This document shows positions 9,475 to 17,842 of a stretch of DNA of 64,000 bases, piece by piece; within the stretch, counting starts at the first letter, position 1, and each line of letters starts with the position of its first letter. The DNA is from an uncultured Planctomycetia bacterium (lineage in GTDB: Bacteria; Omnitrophota; Gorgyraeia; VGKH01; JBHPFN01), in contig CAYOSQ010000005.1 of the NCBI GenBank assembly GCA_964406665.1, positions 21,929 through 85,928 on the forward strand, read 5' to 3'. The notes under the pieces were generated by a model. That model made no database searches, was not told where the DNA came from, and saw nothing but the letters and a program-made list of their open reading frames with translations. The position numbers were made by a program, and so were the translations under genes.

Positions 9475-10776
9475 ATGTTTAGAAGAAAAAGAAGCAATAA
9501 TTCAGGTATATCTTTGGTAGAAATTTTGGTTACTGTTTTTATTGTTGTATTGCTATTATCTACAGCGGTAACAACACTTGTCAGAGGAGCTAGGTTAAGA
9601 GAGGTAGCTGATCAAAAGACAAGGGCAATATTAGATGGGCAAAGTGTTTTTGAAGCGATGCGCGAAATTGCTCAAAATGCTGGAATAAATGATTTGTACA
9701 GGTGCGGCGCATCTTTTCGTGCAAATGCATATGTTGATTTGAATCAAGTTTTAGGCGGTGCGTCACTTTTAGATGAGCAAATACGTATTTTTTATCCCAG
9801 TGGTGTTACGGCACGTCCATTGCATTGTAGGTTGCAGATTAGCTGGACAGATTTTCGCGGTCAAACCGTTGCAGAAACAATAGAAACGAAATTTTGGGAA
9901 TTGGTTGCAGTAACTCCTGATAATGGAAGCTGTGGCACCTGCTTCCTCGCCGGCACCCCTATCCTTATGGCTGATGGCTCAACTAAGGATATTGAAACAA
10001 TTAAGGTAGGAGATACTGTAATAGCCTTTGATCAAGAATCTGGTAAGAATAAATCTGATGAGGTAGTTGAGACATTCATTCATGAAGAAGATAGCTATCT
10101 TTTAATCAATAATCGCATTAAGGCAACATCCAACCACCCTGTATTTCATAAAGGAAGATGGGTAGATATCGGATTGCTTAACATAGGTGATGAATTAACT
10201 AAGGTAGATGGTTCTAAAGAAAAGATCACCAGCATAGAAAAGATCAAAGAACCTGTAATGGTATACAACCTTGAGGTTAACCCTTATCATACATATTATG
10301 CTGATAACATATTAGCTCATAATAAGGGCTGTCTATTACCAGGCACAACTATACTTATGGCTGATGGCACTAACAAGTTTATTGAAAATATAGTTACCGG
10401 GGATAAAGTAACCTCTTATGATGAAGAATCTAAGACCAAGTTAAAAGATACAGTTAAAGAAGTATTCATGCATGAGGTACAAGGATACCTGATAATCAAT
10501 GATAGCATTAAAGTAACAGCAGAACACCCCTTCTTCTCTAATGGTATATGGGTTAGAGCAAAAGATCTTAAAGAAGGAGATATATTACTTACTCAAGAAG
10601 GTAAAGAAGAAGCTATTACCAGCATAAAAGCTGTTGATAAGAAGATCGTCGTTTACAACATTGAAGTAAACCCATATCACAACTACTTTGCTAATGGATA
10701 TCTGGTGCATAATAAAAGTTTGCCACAGGTACCTGTTCCACCACCAGATCCACCAGGTGGAGGATATGGGAATTAG
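9475..10776 (+). CDS. Type IV pilin-like (pseudopilin) protein with two tandem C-terminal Hint / bacterial intein-like (BIL) domains
   Basis: RBS 'aaagggggaag'. Class III signal 'MFRRKRSNNSG|ISLVEILV' (Gly-1, Glu+5). A pilin globular region with a Cys pair follows. Then two ~135-aa repeats, each starting with Cys ('CFLAGTPILMADGS', 'CLLPGTTILMADGT'), containing TxxH ('TSNH', 'TAEH') and ending 'VNPYHxY...HN'. Pro-rich tail. Confidence 0.7.
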   Translation: MFRRKRSNNSGISLVEILVTVFIVVLLLSTAVTTLVRGARLREVADQKTRAILDGQSVFEAMREIAQNAGINDLYRCGASFRANAYVDLNQVLGGASLLDEQIRIFYPSGVTARPLHCRLQISWTDFRGQTVAETIETKFWELVAVTPDNGSCGTCFLAGTPILMADGSTKDIETIKVGDTVIAFDQESGKNKSDEVVETFIHEEDSYLLINNRIKATSNHPVFHKGRWVDIGLLNIGDELTKVDGSKEKITSIEKIKEPVMVYNLEVNPYHTYYADNILAHNKGCLLPGTTILMADGTNKFIENIVTGDKVTSYDEESKTKLKDTVKEVFMHEVQGYLIINDSIKVTAEHPFFSNGIWVRAKDLKEGDILLTQEGKEEAITSIKAVDKKIVVYNIEVNPYHNYFANGYLVHNKSLPQVPVPPPDPPGGGYGN

Positions 10777-10816
10777 AGCTTGAAAACTTTGAAGTATATA
10801 TTTTTGAAGTTATAGT

Positions 10817-11356
10817 TTGGAGATGGTTATGAGATTTATGTATACAACAAAAAAAGGATTTACTTTCATGGAAACTTTAGTTGCTACCTTGGTTACCACT
10901 GTTATGTCTGCAGTCGTGATAACCACGATAGTTTGTTTAATGAATTTCTTTTTTGGGGAAGTTGCCAATGCTGAACTAAAACGGAAGGCTCACCAGTCAT
11001 TATCAACAATTATCCAGGATTTAAGAACTGCTGAGCCTGATGGAGCTAATGGTATTGATGTTTTAAATGATGGTGATAACAATAAGATTACTGCACGACT
11101 TGCAGGTGGTTGGGATGCTAATGGTTTTCTTGTGTATTCTACTGATGATACTCATTATTGGTTAGATGGAGATGAACTGGTTAAAGACAATATTGATACT
11201 GGAGAACGTAGAGTTCTCTGTAATCTTGCTTCAAGATTTAACTGTACAGAATATGCTGAAGGTCATTATTCTATGACCTTAATTTTAACTAAGGATACTG
11301 TGTTGAAAACAATTACTTATACTGCTACTGAAAACTTTGGTGTAAGAAATGATTAG
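10817..11356 (+). CDS. Prepilin-type N-terminal cleavage/methylation domain protein (minor pilin-like)
   Basis: 'KKG|FTFMETLVATLV' class III signal with Glu+5 followed by a hydrophobic helix. Start could be at one of the in-frame Met codons 10817-10838. Confidence 0.6.
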   Translation: MEMVMRFMYTTKKGFTFMETLVATLVTTVMSAVVITTIVCLMNFFFGEVANAELKRKAHQSLSTIIQDLRTAEPDGANGIDVLNDGDNNKITARLAGGWDANGFLVYSTDDTHYWLDGDELVKDNIDTGERRVLCNLASRFNCTEYAEGHYSMTLILTKDTVLKTITYTATENFGVRND

Positions 11357-11371
11357 TTTATAATGCAAAAT

Positions 11372-11567
11372 TTGAAAGGGTAGTTAAAATGCTAGCTATG
11401 AGATTACGCAAAAATGGACTTGCTATGATATTGAGTTTGGTGCTGACACTTGTTGTGTCTTGGGTAACAGTACCTATAATCATGACAGCTTTAGGGCATA
11501 CTCAAAATTCCAAAATAACAACCACTGCAATTGAAGCTAGAGAGGTAGCTGAAGCCGGAATAGCTGA
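11372..11567 (+). repeat. 196-bp direct repeat (RBS + 5' coding end), copy 1; partner at 13254..13449
   Basis: Identical to 13254..13449 except for 1 mismatch (11546 t vs c). The bodies downstream are only about 50% identical at protein level. Confidence 0.9.
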
Positions 11568-13207
11568 GGATTAAGGACGGCTTTACTAATAATTCTCTTC
11601 CTGCCAACTTTCCTAAAAACCCTAGTGAAACCGGCTCTAGTTTTTCTTATAATATCTGGCCAGGTGGAGAAGCCTTTCCAGTAGGAAGTGGTTCTGAATA
11701 TTCAGTAAATGTAGAATTAACCTTGGCTACTAATGACTTCGTTGAAGGAATAGGTGGAAACGGAGTGTATCGCTATATTTTAACCTCTAGCGGTACTGTC
11801 CCAACTATGGGTGGAGAGGTTAAGAAAACTGTTCAGGCAGGAGTAACATTTGATTATTTCTTTGGTGAGAATGTTAGGATGTGCGAAACTGACGAAGGTC
11901 CAGATTGCACAAGAGATCTAGGACATTCTTATTTCAATAATCAAAAGTCAATTATTCATTTAGATACAACTAACATAGCTGAGGGACGCTATCTTCGTCC
12001 AGGCAGATATAACCTATCATATTTCGGAAGGTATGGAGAAGGTCAGGGACCGGGTGCTGAGGAGGACCATGCTCGTCAAAGTGCTGAGGACCTTGTGCTT
12101 CTTTTTGATGAATATAGATTAGAGTTTCCAGAATGGCGGGATGCTAACGGTGATCACCTCGGACGCGATCCAGGAGGTGGAGTGCAGTATGAAGAATTTT
12201 TAGTTGACTACAATTTACAGGATCATAACGAACAATTTTTTCAGTATATAGATGAAAATGGTACAAATAACGAAGACAGCCCACCCTTCAATTTTGAGGT
12301 TTTAAGCCGTGATCCAGAAAACGAAGATGATGTGTTTATCGCAGAATTGAACTGCAGATTTAATTCTTCGCAATCAGCCGGCTGTGAAGACGATCTTGAT
12401 TTAGAACCTGGTGCACCCTGTACCCAATTTTGTGATGCTACTGAAGCAGCATTTGGAAGTGGTTCTTGGCCAGATTATCAGGAAGCATGTATGAACGCTT
12501 GCTATAGAAACAGTAGTGAGGTTTCATTTTCTTTTCAAGATGTTCATCCTGATTCAGAGGCGCATGTTCGTTGCTCGACTCCTGATGTATGCTTGAGACA
12601 TTGCTCTCATAACTATCAGTGGAATTATTATGATTCAACATGTCGTCAGCAGTGCGATACTACACATGGTTTTCTCCCTAGCAGAAAACAGCCCCAGGTG
12701 TGGATGCAATGTATGGTAGACTGCACTAATATTGAAGAATCTTTTGTTGCAAGTGAGTGTAATCAGCTATGTGATAATCCAGATTTATGTTTTGATTACT
12801 TTGCAGGAGATTATCAGCGTTATGCTAGAACCGATGATCCCCAGCAAGGTTTTCCTGGAGCACCAATACAGTTAAATTCTGAATGCTTTCAATTGTGTTC
12901 AGGAGTAACTAATATTTGGGGTTGTCGTGAGAGATGTGACAAAAAATTCTTTAGACGAGACACAACAGGAGATATTGTTATTTCTGCAATGAATAGAGTT
13001 GTTAAGGATAAATATGGCAAGTTTTATTGGCATGATGAAGACGATGATAATTCTTGTCATTATCCGCCTTGCGAACCTGCAACTGGTGGAAGTGTACATT
13101 TTGGTGATGGTACTTCACTTGAAATAGGTTTTGTTCTGAATATAGAGCAAGATCAAAGAATTGTAATAGTAGATTTTCAGTGGTTAGAAGTTGGTGGGGA
13201 TTATTAG
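11389..13207 (+). pseudogene. PilX_N-type large cysteine-rich pseudopilin-like protein, frameshifted paralog of 13271..15112
   Basis: N-terminal 62 codons are nearly identical to the downstream gene. An 11-nt deletion relative to copy 2 at about 11567 produces a stop ('GIAED*'). Homology continues in another frame (ORF 11723..13207, TTG as first codon), including all CX3C motifs. Confidence 0.55.
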
Positions 13208-13253
13208 TTTTTTGATTAAATGGATTCTGGTAATTAAATATAACAGCACTGAA

Positions 13254-13449
13254 TTGAAAGGGTAGTTAAAATGCTAGCTATGAGATTACGCAAAAATGGA
13301 CTTGCTATGATATTGAGTTTGGTGCTGACACTTGTTGTGTCTTGGGTAACAGTACCTATAATCATGACAGCTTTAGGGCATACTCAAAATTCCAAAATAA
13401 CAACCACTGCAATTGAAGCTAGAGAGGCAGCTGAAGCCGGAATAGCTGA
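13254..13449 (+). repeat. 196-bp direct repeat, copy 2
   Basis: See 11372..11567. Confidence 0.9.
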
Positions 13450-15112
13450 AGCCTTGATGTGGATTAAGAATGGTTTTACTTATAATACTCTTCCTGCCAA
13501 CTTTCCCAAAAACCCATCCGAAGTCGGCCCTGGCTTTGCTTACGATATCTGGCCAGGTGGAGAAGCCTTTCCTGCAGGAGGAGATAATAAGTATGCTGTA
13601 AATGTAGAATTAACCTTGGCTACTAATAATTTCATTGAAGGAGTAGATGGAAATGGAGAGTATCGCTATATTCTAACCTCTAGCGGTACTGTTCCGACTC
13701 TAGGTGGAGAAATAGAAAAAACTGTTCAGGCAGCAGTAACTTTTGATTATTATTATGGTGATGATATCGATATTTGTACAGTAGGTTCAGGACAAGACTG
13801 CACTAGAGATTTAGGTTATGAATATGTAAATGATAGAAAGCCGATAATTCATCTTGATACAACTAATGAAGCAGAAGGTCGTTATGTGCGTCCTGGTTTT
13901 TATAGCATAAGCTATAACGGTGAGTATGATATTGATCAAGGAGCCGGAGCAGAAACAACTGGACCTGATAGAGAATATGCTATGTATGGTTCAGAAAATA
14001 TGGTTGTATATCTTGATGAAGCAGCTCTTCTTTTTCCTGAGTGGAGAGATTTAGATGGAAATGGACGTGCTTCTTATGGTGGAGAGATTAGTCCTGAAGA
14101 ATTTCTTGTAAAGCCATGGTTGCAAGATTATACGGTTCATTTGTTTGAAAACATTGATGCAAATGGTACAAATGACGACCCTCCATTTAATTTTGAGGTT
14201 ATTGAAAGGGATCCTGAGAATCCTGAAGATAGGTTTATAATTGAATTATTTTGCGAGTCTGATAGCCTCCCAATAGGAAGTTGTTCCGGAGACCTTGATC
14301 TTGAGTCAGGTTCTACATGTTCCAATTTCTGTGAAGCAGTAGAGGATGCATATACAACCTTGGCATGGCCAGACTATGAAGCAGCATGTATGGCTGCCTG
14401 TGGAAGAAATGTTCTTGTAGAATATTCTTTTCAAGATGAACATCCAGATTCAGAGGCTAATGTTCGCTGTGGTGACAGTCAAATATGTTTGATTTATTGC
14501 GCCCACAGCTATCAATGGAATTATTACGATTCTTATTGTCGTCAAATATGTGATGTACATTATAATTTTGATCCTAATGCTCCTAATTATGGTCTTAGGC
14601 AGTCTCGAGATTGGAATGAGTGCATGGTTGATTGCTCAGATTTTATTTATGTAACTCCGGGATTCGAGTGTCAAAATTGGTGCGATGATCATGAGTCTTG
14701 TATGGATTTCTTTAGTGAAGAATATCAGATGAATGCGACAGAAGACAATCCAGCTCAATTTATTCCTGCAGTTGATCCAAGACAATTCATGTCGCAATGC
14801 GATAGAATGTGTAAAAGTGTAGATAATATTGGAGAATGCCGCAGCAGCTGCGATAGAAGATTTTTCCGTCAAGATGTTACAGGCGATATTGTTATAACTT
14901 TAATGAATAAATTGGCTAAAGAGAAACGTAAGAGGTTTCATTGGAATTCAGCAGACGATAATAGCTATGATTGTGAGTGGCCATGTGAACCAATAACTGC
15001 AGGTAGCGTTCATTTCGGAGATGCTGAGGGTACGGCTTTTGAGCTTCAGATAAATGATGATCTTAGAATAATTTTGAAGGATTTTCAGTGGATAGAAATA
15101 CCAAATGAATAA
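13271..15112 (+). CDS. PilX_N-domain pseudopilin-like protein with large cysteine-rich C-terminal region (putative pilus-tip/adhesin component)
   Basis: 'RLRKNG|LAMILSLVLTLVV' prepilin-like signal lacking Glu+5 (as in GspK/PilX), then 'AIEAREAAEAGIAEA' typical of PilX_N. Nine CX3C motifs (CSNFC, CMAAC, CLIYC, CRQIC, CMVDC, CQNWC, CDRMC, CRSSC, CEWPC). RBS 'gaaagggtag'. Confidence 0.65.
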   Translation: MLAMRLRKNGLAMILSLVLTLVVSWVTVPIIMTALGHTQNSKITTTAIEAREAAEAGIAEALMWIKNGFTYNTLPANFPKNPSEVGPGFAYDIWPGGEAFPAGGDNKYAVNVELTLATNNFIEGVDGNGEYRYILTSSGTVPTLGGEIEKTVQAAVTFDYYYGDDIDICTVGSGQDCTRDLGYEYVNDRKPIIHLDTTNEAEGRYVRPGFYSISYNGEYDIDQGAGAETTGPDREYAMYGSENMVVYLDEAALLFPEWRDLDGNGRASYGGEISPEEFLVKPWLQDYTVHLFENIDANGTNDDPPFNFEVIERDPENPEDRFIIELFCESDSLPIGSCSGDLDLESGSTCSNFCEAVEDAYTTLAWPDYEAACMAACGRNVLVEYSFQDEHPDSEANVRCGDSQICLIYCAHSYQWNYYDSYCRQICDVHYNFDPNAPNYGLRQSRDWNECMVDCSDFIYVTPGFECQNWCDDHESCMDFFSEEYQMNATEDNPAQFIPAVDPRQFMSQCDRMCKSVDNIGECRSSCDRRFFRQDVTGDIVITLMNKLAKEKRKRFHWNSADDNSYDCEWPCEPITAGSVHFGDAEGTAFELQINDDLRIILKDFQWIEIPNE

Positions 15113-15139
15113 TTTAAAGAAATAAAAAAAGTTAAGTTT

Positions 15140-15173
15140 AGCGTTTTGACATGTTGTCAAAACGCTTTTTTTT
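15140..15173 (+). terminator. Strong rho-independent terminator ending the pilin-like operon
   Basis: Perfect hairpin AGCGTTTTGACA-tg-TGTCAAAACGCT followed by TTTTTTT. Confidence 0.8.
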
Positions 15174-15174
15174 G

Positions 15175-15202
15175 TTGACTAAACAAATAGTTTTGATAGA
15201 AT
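15175..15202 (+). promoter_or_regulatory. Sigma70-type promoter for etfBA
   Basis: TTGACT - 16 nt - TAGAAT immediately upstream of etfB. Confidence 0.45.
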
Positions 15203-15211
15203 AGCTCCATT

Positions 15212-15991
15212 ATGGATATTATAGTATGCATAAAACAGGTACCTGATACCACTGATGTTCGCATAGATCCGATGACTAACACCTTGATTCGAGAAGGTGT
15301 ACAGTCAATAATAAATCCTTTTGATATGTATGCAATTGAGGAAGGTATTCAGCTTAAAGAGCGTTTTGGTGGAAACGTTATTGTGGTTACCATGGGTCCT
15401 CCTCAGGCAGAAGCTGCCTTAAGAGAAGCAATTAGCTTAGGGGCGGATGAGGGAATTTTAGTTAGTGACCGCGCTTTTGCCGGAAGCGACACTTGGGCAA
15501 CTAGCTATACTTTAGCAGCTGCAATTAAGAAGATTGGAGGCTTTGATTTGATTATTTGCGGAAAACAAGCCTCAGACGGAGATACTGCACAGGTTGGGCC
15601 GGGAATTGCAGCTCATTTAGACTTACCACAGGTTACCTATGTAAAGAAAGTTGAAAATATCGATGAGAAACATGCTAAGGTCGAGCGCATGACAGAAGAG
15701 GGATATGAGGTTGTCGAGACACCGCTGCCATGTTTGTTAACTGTTGTAAAAGAGATTAACGAGCCAAGGCTTCCTTCTTTGAAGGGGATGATGCGTTCTA
15801 AAAAAGCTGAAATAAAGAAATTAATAAAAGACGACTTGGATGTTGATGAAGAAGGCTTAGGATTAAATGGTTCCCCTACTCAAGTAGTTAAGATTTTTAC
15901 TCCACCTCCCAGGGAGGGCGGACAGATGTTAGAAGGGGAAGTTTCTGAAGTTGCCAAAAAATTAGTCGAAGCTTTGAAAAACGATATATAA
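15212..15991 (+). CDS. etfB: Electron transfer flavoprotein beta subunit
   Basis: 'MDIIVCIKQVPDT' N-terminus. Full-length EtfB/FixA similarity. Confidence 0.9.
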   Translation: MDIIVCIKQVPDTTDVRIDPMTNTLIREGVQSIINPFDMYAIEEGIQLKERFGGNVIVVTMGPPQAEAALREAISLGADEGILVSDRAFAGSDTWATSYTLAAAIKKIGGFDLIICGKQASDGDTAQVGPGIAAHLDLPQVTYVKKVENIDEKHAKVERMTEEGYEVVETPLPCLLTVVKEINEPRLPSLKGMMRSKKAEIKKLIKDDLDVDEEGLGLNGSPTQVVKIFTPPPREGGQMLEGEVSEVAKKLVEALKNDI

Positions 15992-15993
15992 AA

Positions 15994-17193
15994 ATGTCTA
16001 TTGGAATAATTCTAGAAAAATGTACTGGCTGTACCCTATGCGTTAAAGCTTGTCCTTTTGATGCTATTAAGATTGAAAACAAAAAAGCGATTATCGATTT
16101 AGATAAATGTACGCTTTGCGGAGCTTGTGTTGAAGTTTGTAAATTTGATGCAATTTTTCTAGAGAAAGAAACAAAACCAAAAGAAGATATTGTTGATGAT
16201 TCTAAAGGAGTTTGGGTTTTTGCCGAGCAGAAAAAAGGTGTTGTTCAGTCAGTTGCTTTTGAACTTTTAGGAAAAGCCCGGGAACTTGCCGATAAGCTTA
16301 ATACAGAAGTAGCTGCGGTTTTATTAGGGGATGGCGTTGCAAAACAGGCAGATGAGTTAATTCATCGTGGAGCAGATAAAGTTTATTTAGTGGAAGCCAA
16401 AGAGCTTAAAAATTTCCAGGATGAGCCTTACACAGAGGTACTTGTTAAGTTGATCCAGAAATACAAACCCAACATTTTATTAAGTGGAGCTACTTCAATT
16501 GGCAGGTCTCTCATAGCTCGTGTGGCAATAAATATTAAAGCCGGCTTGACCGCAGATTGTACTGGATTAGATATTGATCCTGAAAAAAACATTTTACTTC
16601 AAACCCGTCCAGCCTTTGGTGGAAATATTATGGCTACAATCATAAGCCCAAATTACCGTCCGCAAATGGCAACAGTAAGACATAAAGTAATGAAGGAGGC
16701 CCAGCCAGATAAATCTCGCAAGGGAGAAGTGATAAAAGAAAGTTTTGATAAGAAAGTTTTAGTTTCTCGTACCAAGGTTTTAGATATTGTTGATGATATA
16801 ACATCTGCTGTCAATTTAACAGAAGCAGATATTATTGTTTCTGGAGGAAGAGGAATAAGGGAAGCTAAGAACTTTGCGCTTATTGAAGAGTTAGCAAAAG
16901 TTCTTGGAGCTGCAGTGGGTGCATCTCGCGCTACTGTTGATGCCGGTTGGATTCCTTATTCTCATCAGGTTGGTCAGACTGGAAGAACAGTTTGTCCAAA
17001 AATTTATATTGCCTGTGGAATTTCCGGACAGATTCAACATTTAGTTGGAATGCAGTCATCAAAGATTATTGTTGCAATCAATAGTGACCCCAGTGCTCCT
17101 ATTTTTAAAGTTGCCACTTACGGTATAGTAGGAGATGTTTTTGAAGTTGTCCCTGCCTTAACTAAGAAGTTCAAAGAAGTCCTCAAGAAGTAA
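15994..17193 (+). CDS. etfA: Electron transfer flavoprotein alpha subunit with N-terminal 2x[4Fe-4S] ferredoxin domain (FixB-like)
   Basis: Two CxxCxxCxxxCP motifs ('CTGCTLCVKACP', 'CTLCGACVEVCK') followed by an EtfA core with FAD-binding C-terminal domain ('IVSGGRGI', 'YIACGISGQIQH'). Confidence 0.9.
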   Translation: MSIGIILEKCTGCTLCVKACPFDAIKIENKKAIIDLDKCTLCGACVEVCKFDAIFLEKETKPKEDIVDDSKGVWVFAEQKKGVVQSVAFELLGKARELADKLNTEVAAVLLGDGVAKQADELIHRGADKVYLVEAKELKNFQDEPYTEVLVKLIQKYKPNILLSGATSIGRSLIARVAINIKAGLTADCTGLDIDPEKNILLQTRPAFGGNIMATIISPNYRPQMATVRHKVMKEAQPDKSRKGEVIKESFDKKVLVSRTKVLDIVDDITSAVNLTEADIIVSGGRGIREAKNFALIEELAKVLGAAVGASRATVDAGWIPYSHQVGQTGRTVCPKIYIACGISGQIQHLVGMQSSKIIVAINSDPSAPIFKVATYGIVGDVFEVVPALTKKFKEVLKK

Positions 17194-17326
17194 TCTGCAC
17201 AAATAATTTCTTAAAATATCCTTAAATATTTTCTGTAATTAAATGTATTACTATATCAATATATTGTATATGTTGACATTTTTTGACACAATATGTTGAA
17301 ACTAGTAAATTTATGAAAAAAAATGC

Positions 17327-17355
17327 TTGACATCTGTATCTATATGTCATAATAT
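17327..17355 (+). promoter_or_regulatory. Sigma70-type promoter upstream of the HTH/ACP genes, embedded in ATATGT-containing repeats
   Basis: TTGACA - 17 nt - TAATAT. The flanking region carries repeated 'ATATGTTGA(C/A)A' and 'ATATGT' motifs. Confidence 0.45.
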
Positions 17356-17363
17356 GTAATCAA

Positions 17364-17540
17364 ATGGTAGATCAAAACTTGATGACTATCGATGATCTCG
17401 CAAAATATTTGCGAGTCAAAAAAAGGACTATCTATGACTGGCTAAAGCAGCACAAGGTGCCGGCTTTTAAGCTAGTTGGTCAATGGCGTTTTAAAAAAGA
17501 AAGAATAGATGCTTGGTTAGAAAACCATGGTAGCAACTAA
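17364..17540 (+). CDS. Small helix-turn-helix DNA-binding protein (excisionase/MerR-type HTH)
   Basis: 58-aa ORF 'MVDQNLMTIDDLAKYLRVKKRTIYDWLKQHKVPAFKLVGQWRFKKERIDAWL'. It is below the ORF-track length cutoff. Classic excisionase-family HTH pattern. Confidence 0.55.
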   Translation: MVDQNLMTIDDLAKYLRVKKRTIYDWLKQHKVPAFKLVGQWRFKKERIDAWLENHGSN

Positions 17541-17551
17541 GGGAGGAAAAA

Positions 17552-17809
17552 ATGGGAGGTCTGAAATTGGCAAACTTAGAAAGTGATATTAGAGCCATAG
17601 TTGCAGAAGTGCTTGAGACTGAACCCGAATCGTTAAATCCGGATGCAAAGTTTGTTGAGGATTTAGGAATGGATTCTATGATGGCGCTTGAGATATTAGC
17701 TGCTATTGAGAAAAAATTCCGAGTTGCGATTCCTGAGGATAAGCTCTCGAGCTTTACTTCTTTGAACGAGACAATTAGGCTCATTGAAAAGATTATGTCA
17801 AAAAAATAA
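17552..17809 (+). CDS. Acyl carrier protein-like
   Basis: 'FVEDLGMDSMMALEI' phosphopantetheine-attachment Ser motif, 85 aa, RBS 'aagggaggaaaaa'. Confidence 0.65.
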   Translation: MGGLKLANLESDIRAIVAEVLETEPESLNPDAKFVEDLGMDSMMALEILAAIEKKFRVAIPEDKLSSFTSLNETIRLIEKIMSKK

Positions 17810-17842
17810 AAAATTCTTTAAGCTCTTTAGAAAGGAGTTTCC

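Noticed and set aside
9880-10740. Internal tandem repeat in 9475..10776 as a mobile-element remnant or homing-endonuclease intein
   Set aside because: The repeats are compact Hint/mini-intein-like domains (about 135 aa) without an endonuclease insert. They are part of one continuous ORF, not an insertion element.
11389-13207. Two separate ORFs (11389..11574 and 11723..13207) in the ORF track
   Set aside because: They are halves of one PilX_N paralog split by an 11-nt deletion. The second ORF lacks its own signal peptide and RBS and continues the homology in a shifted frame.
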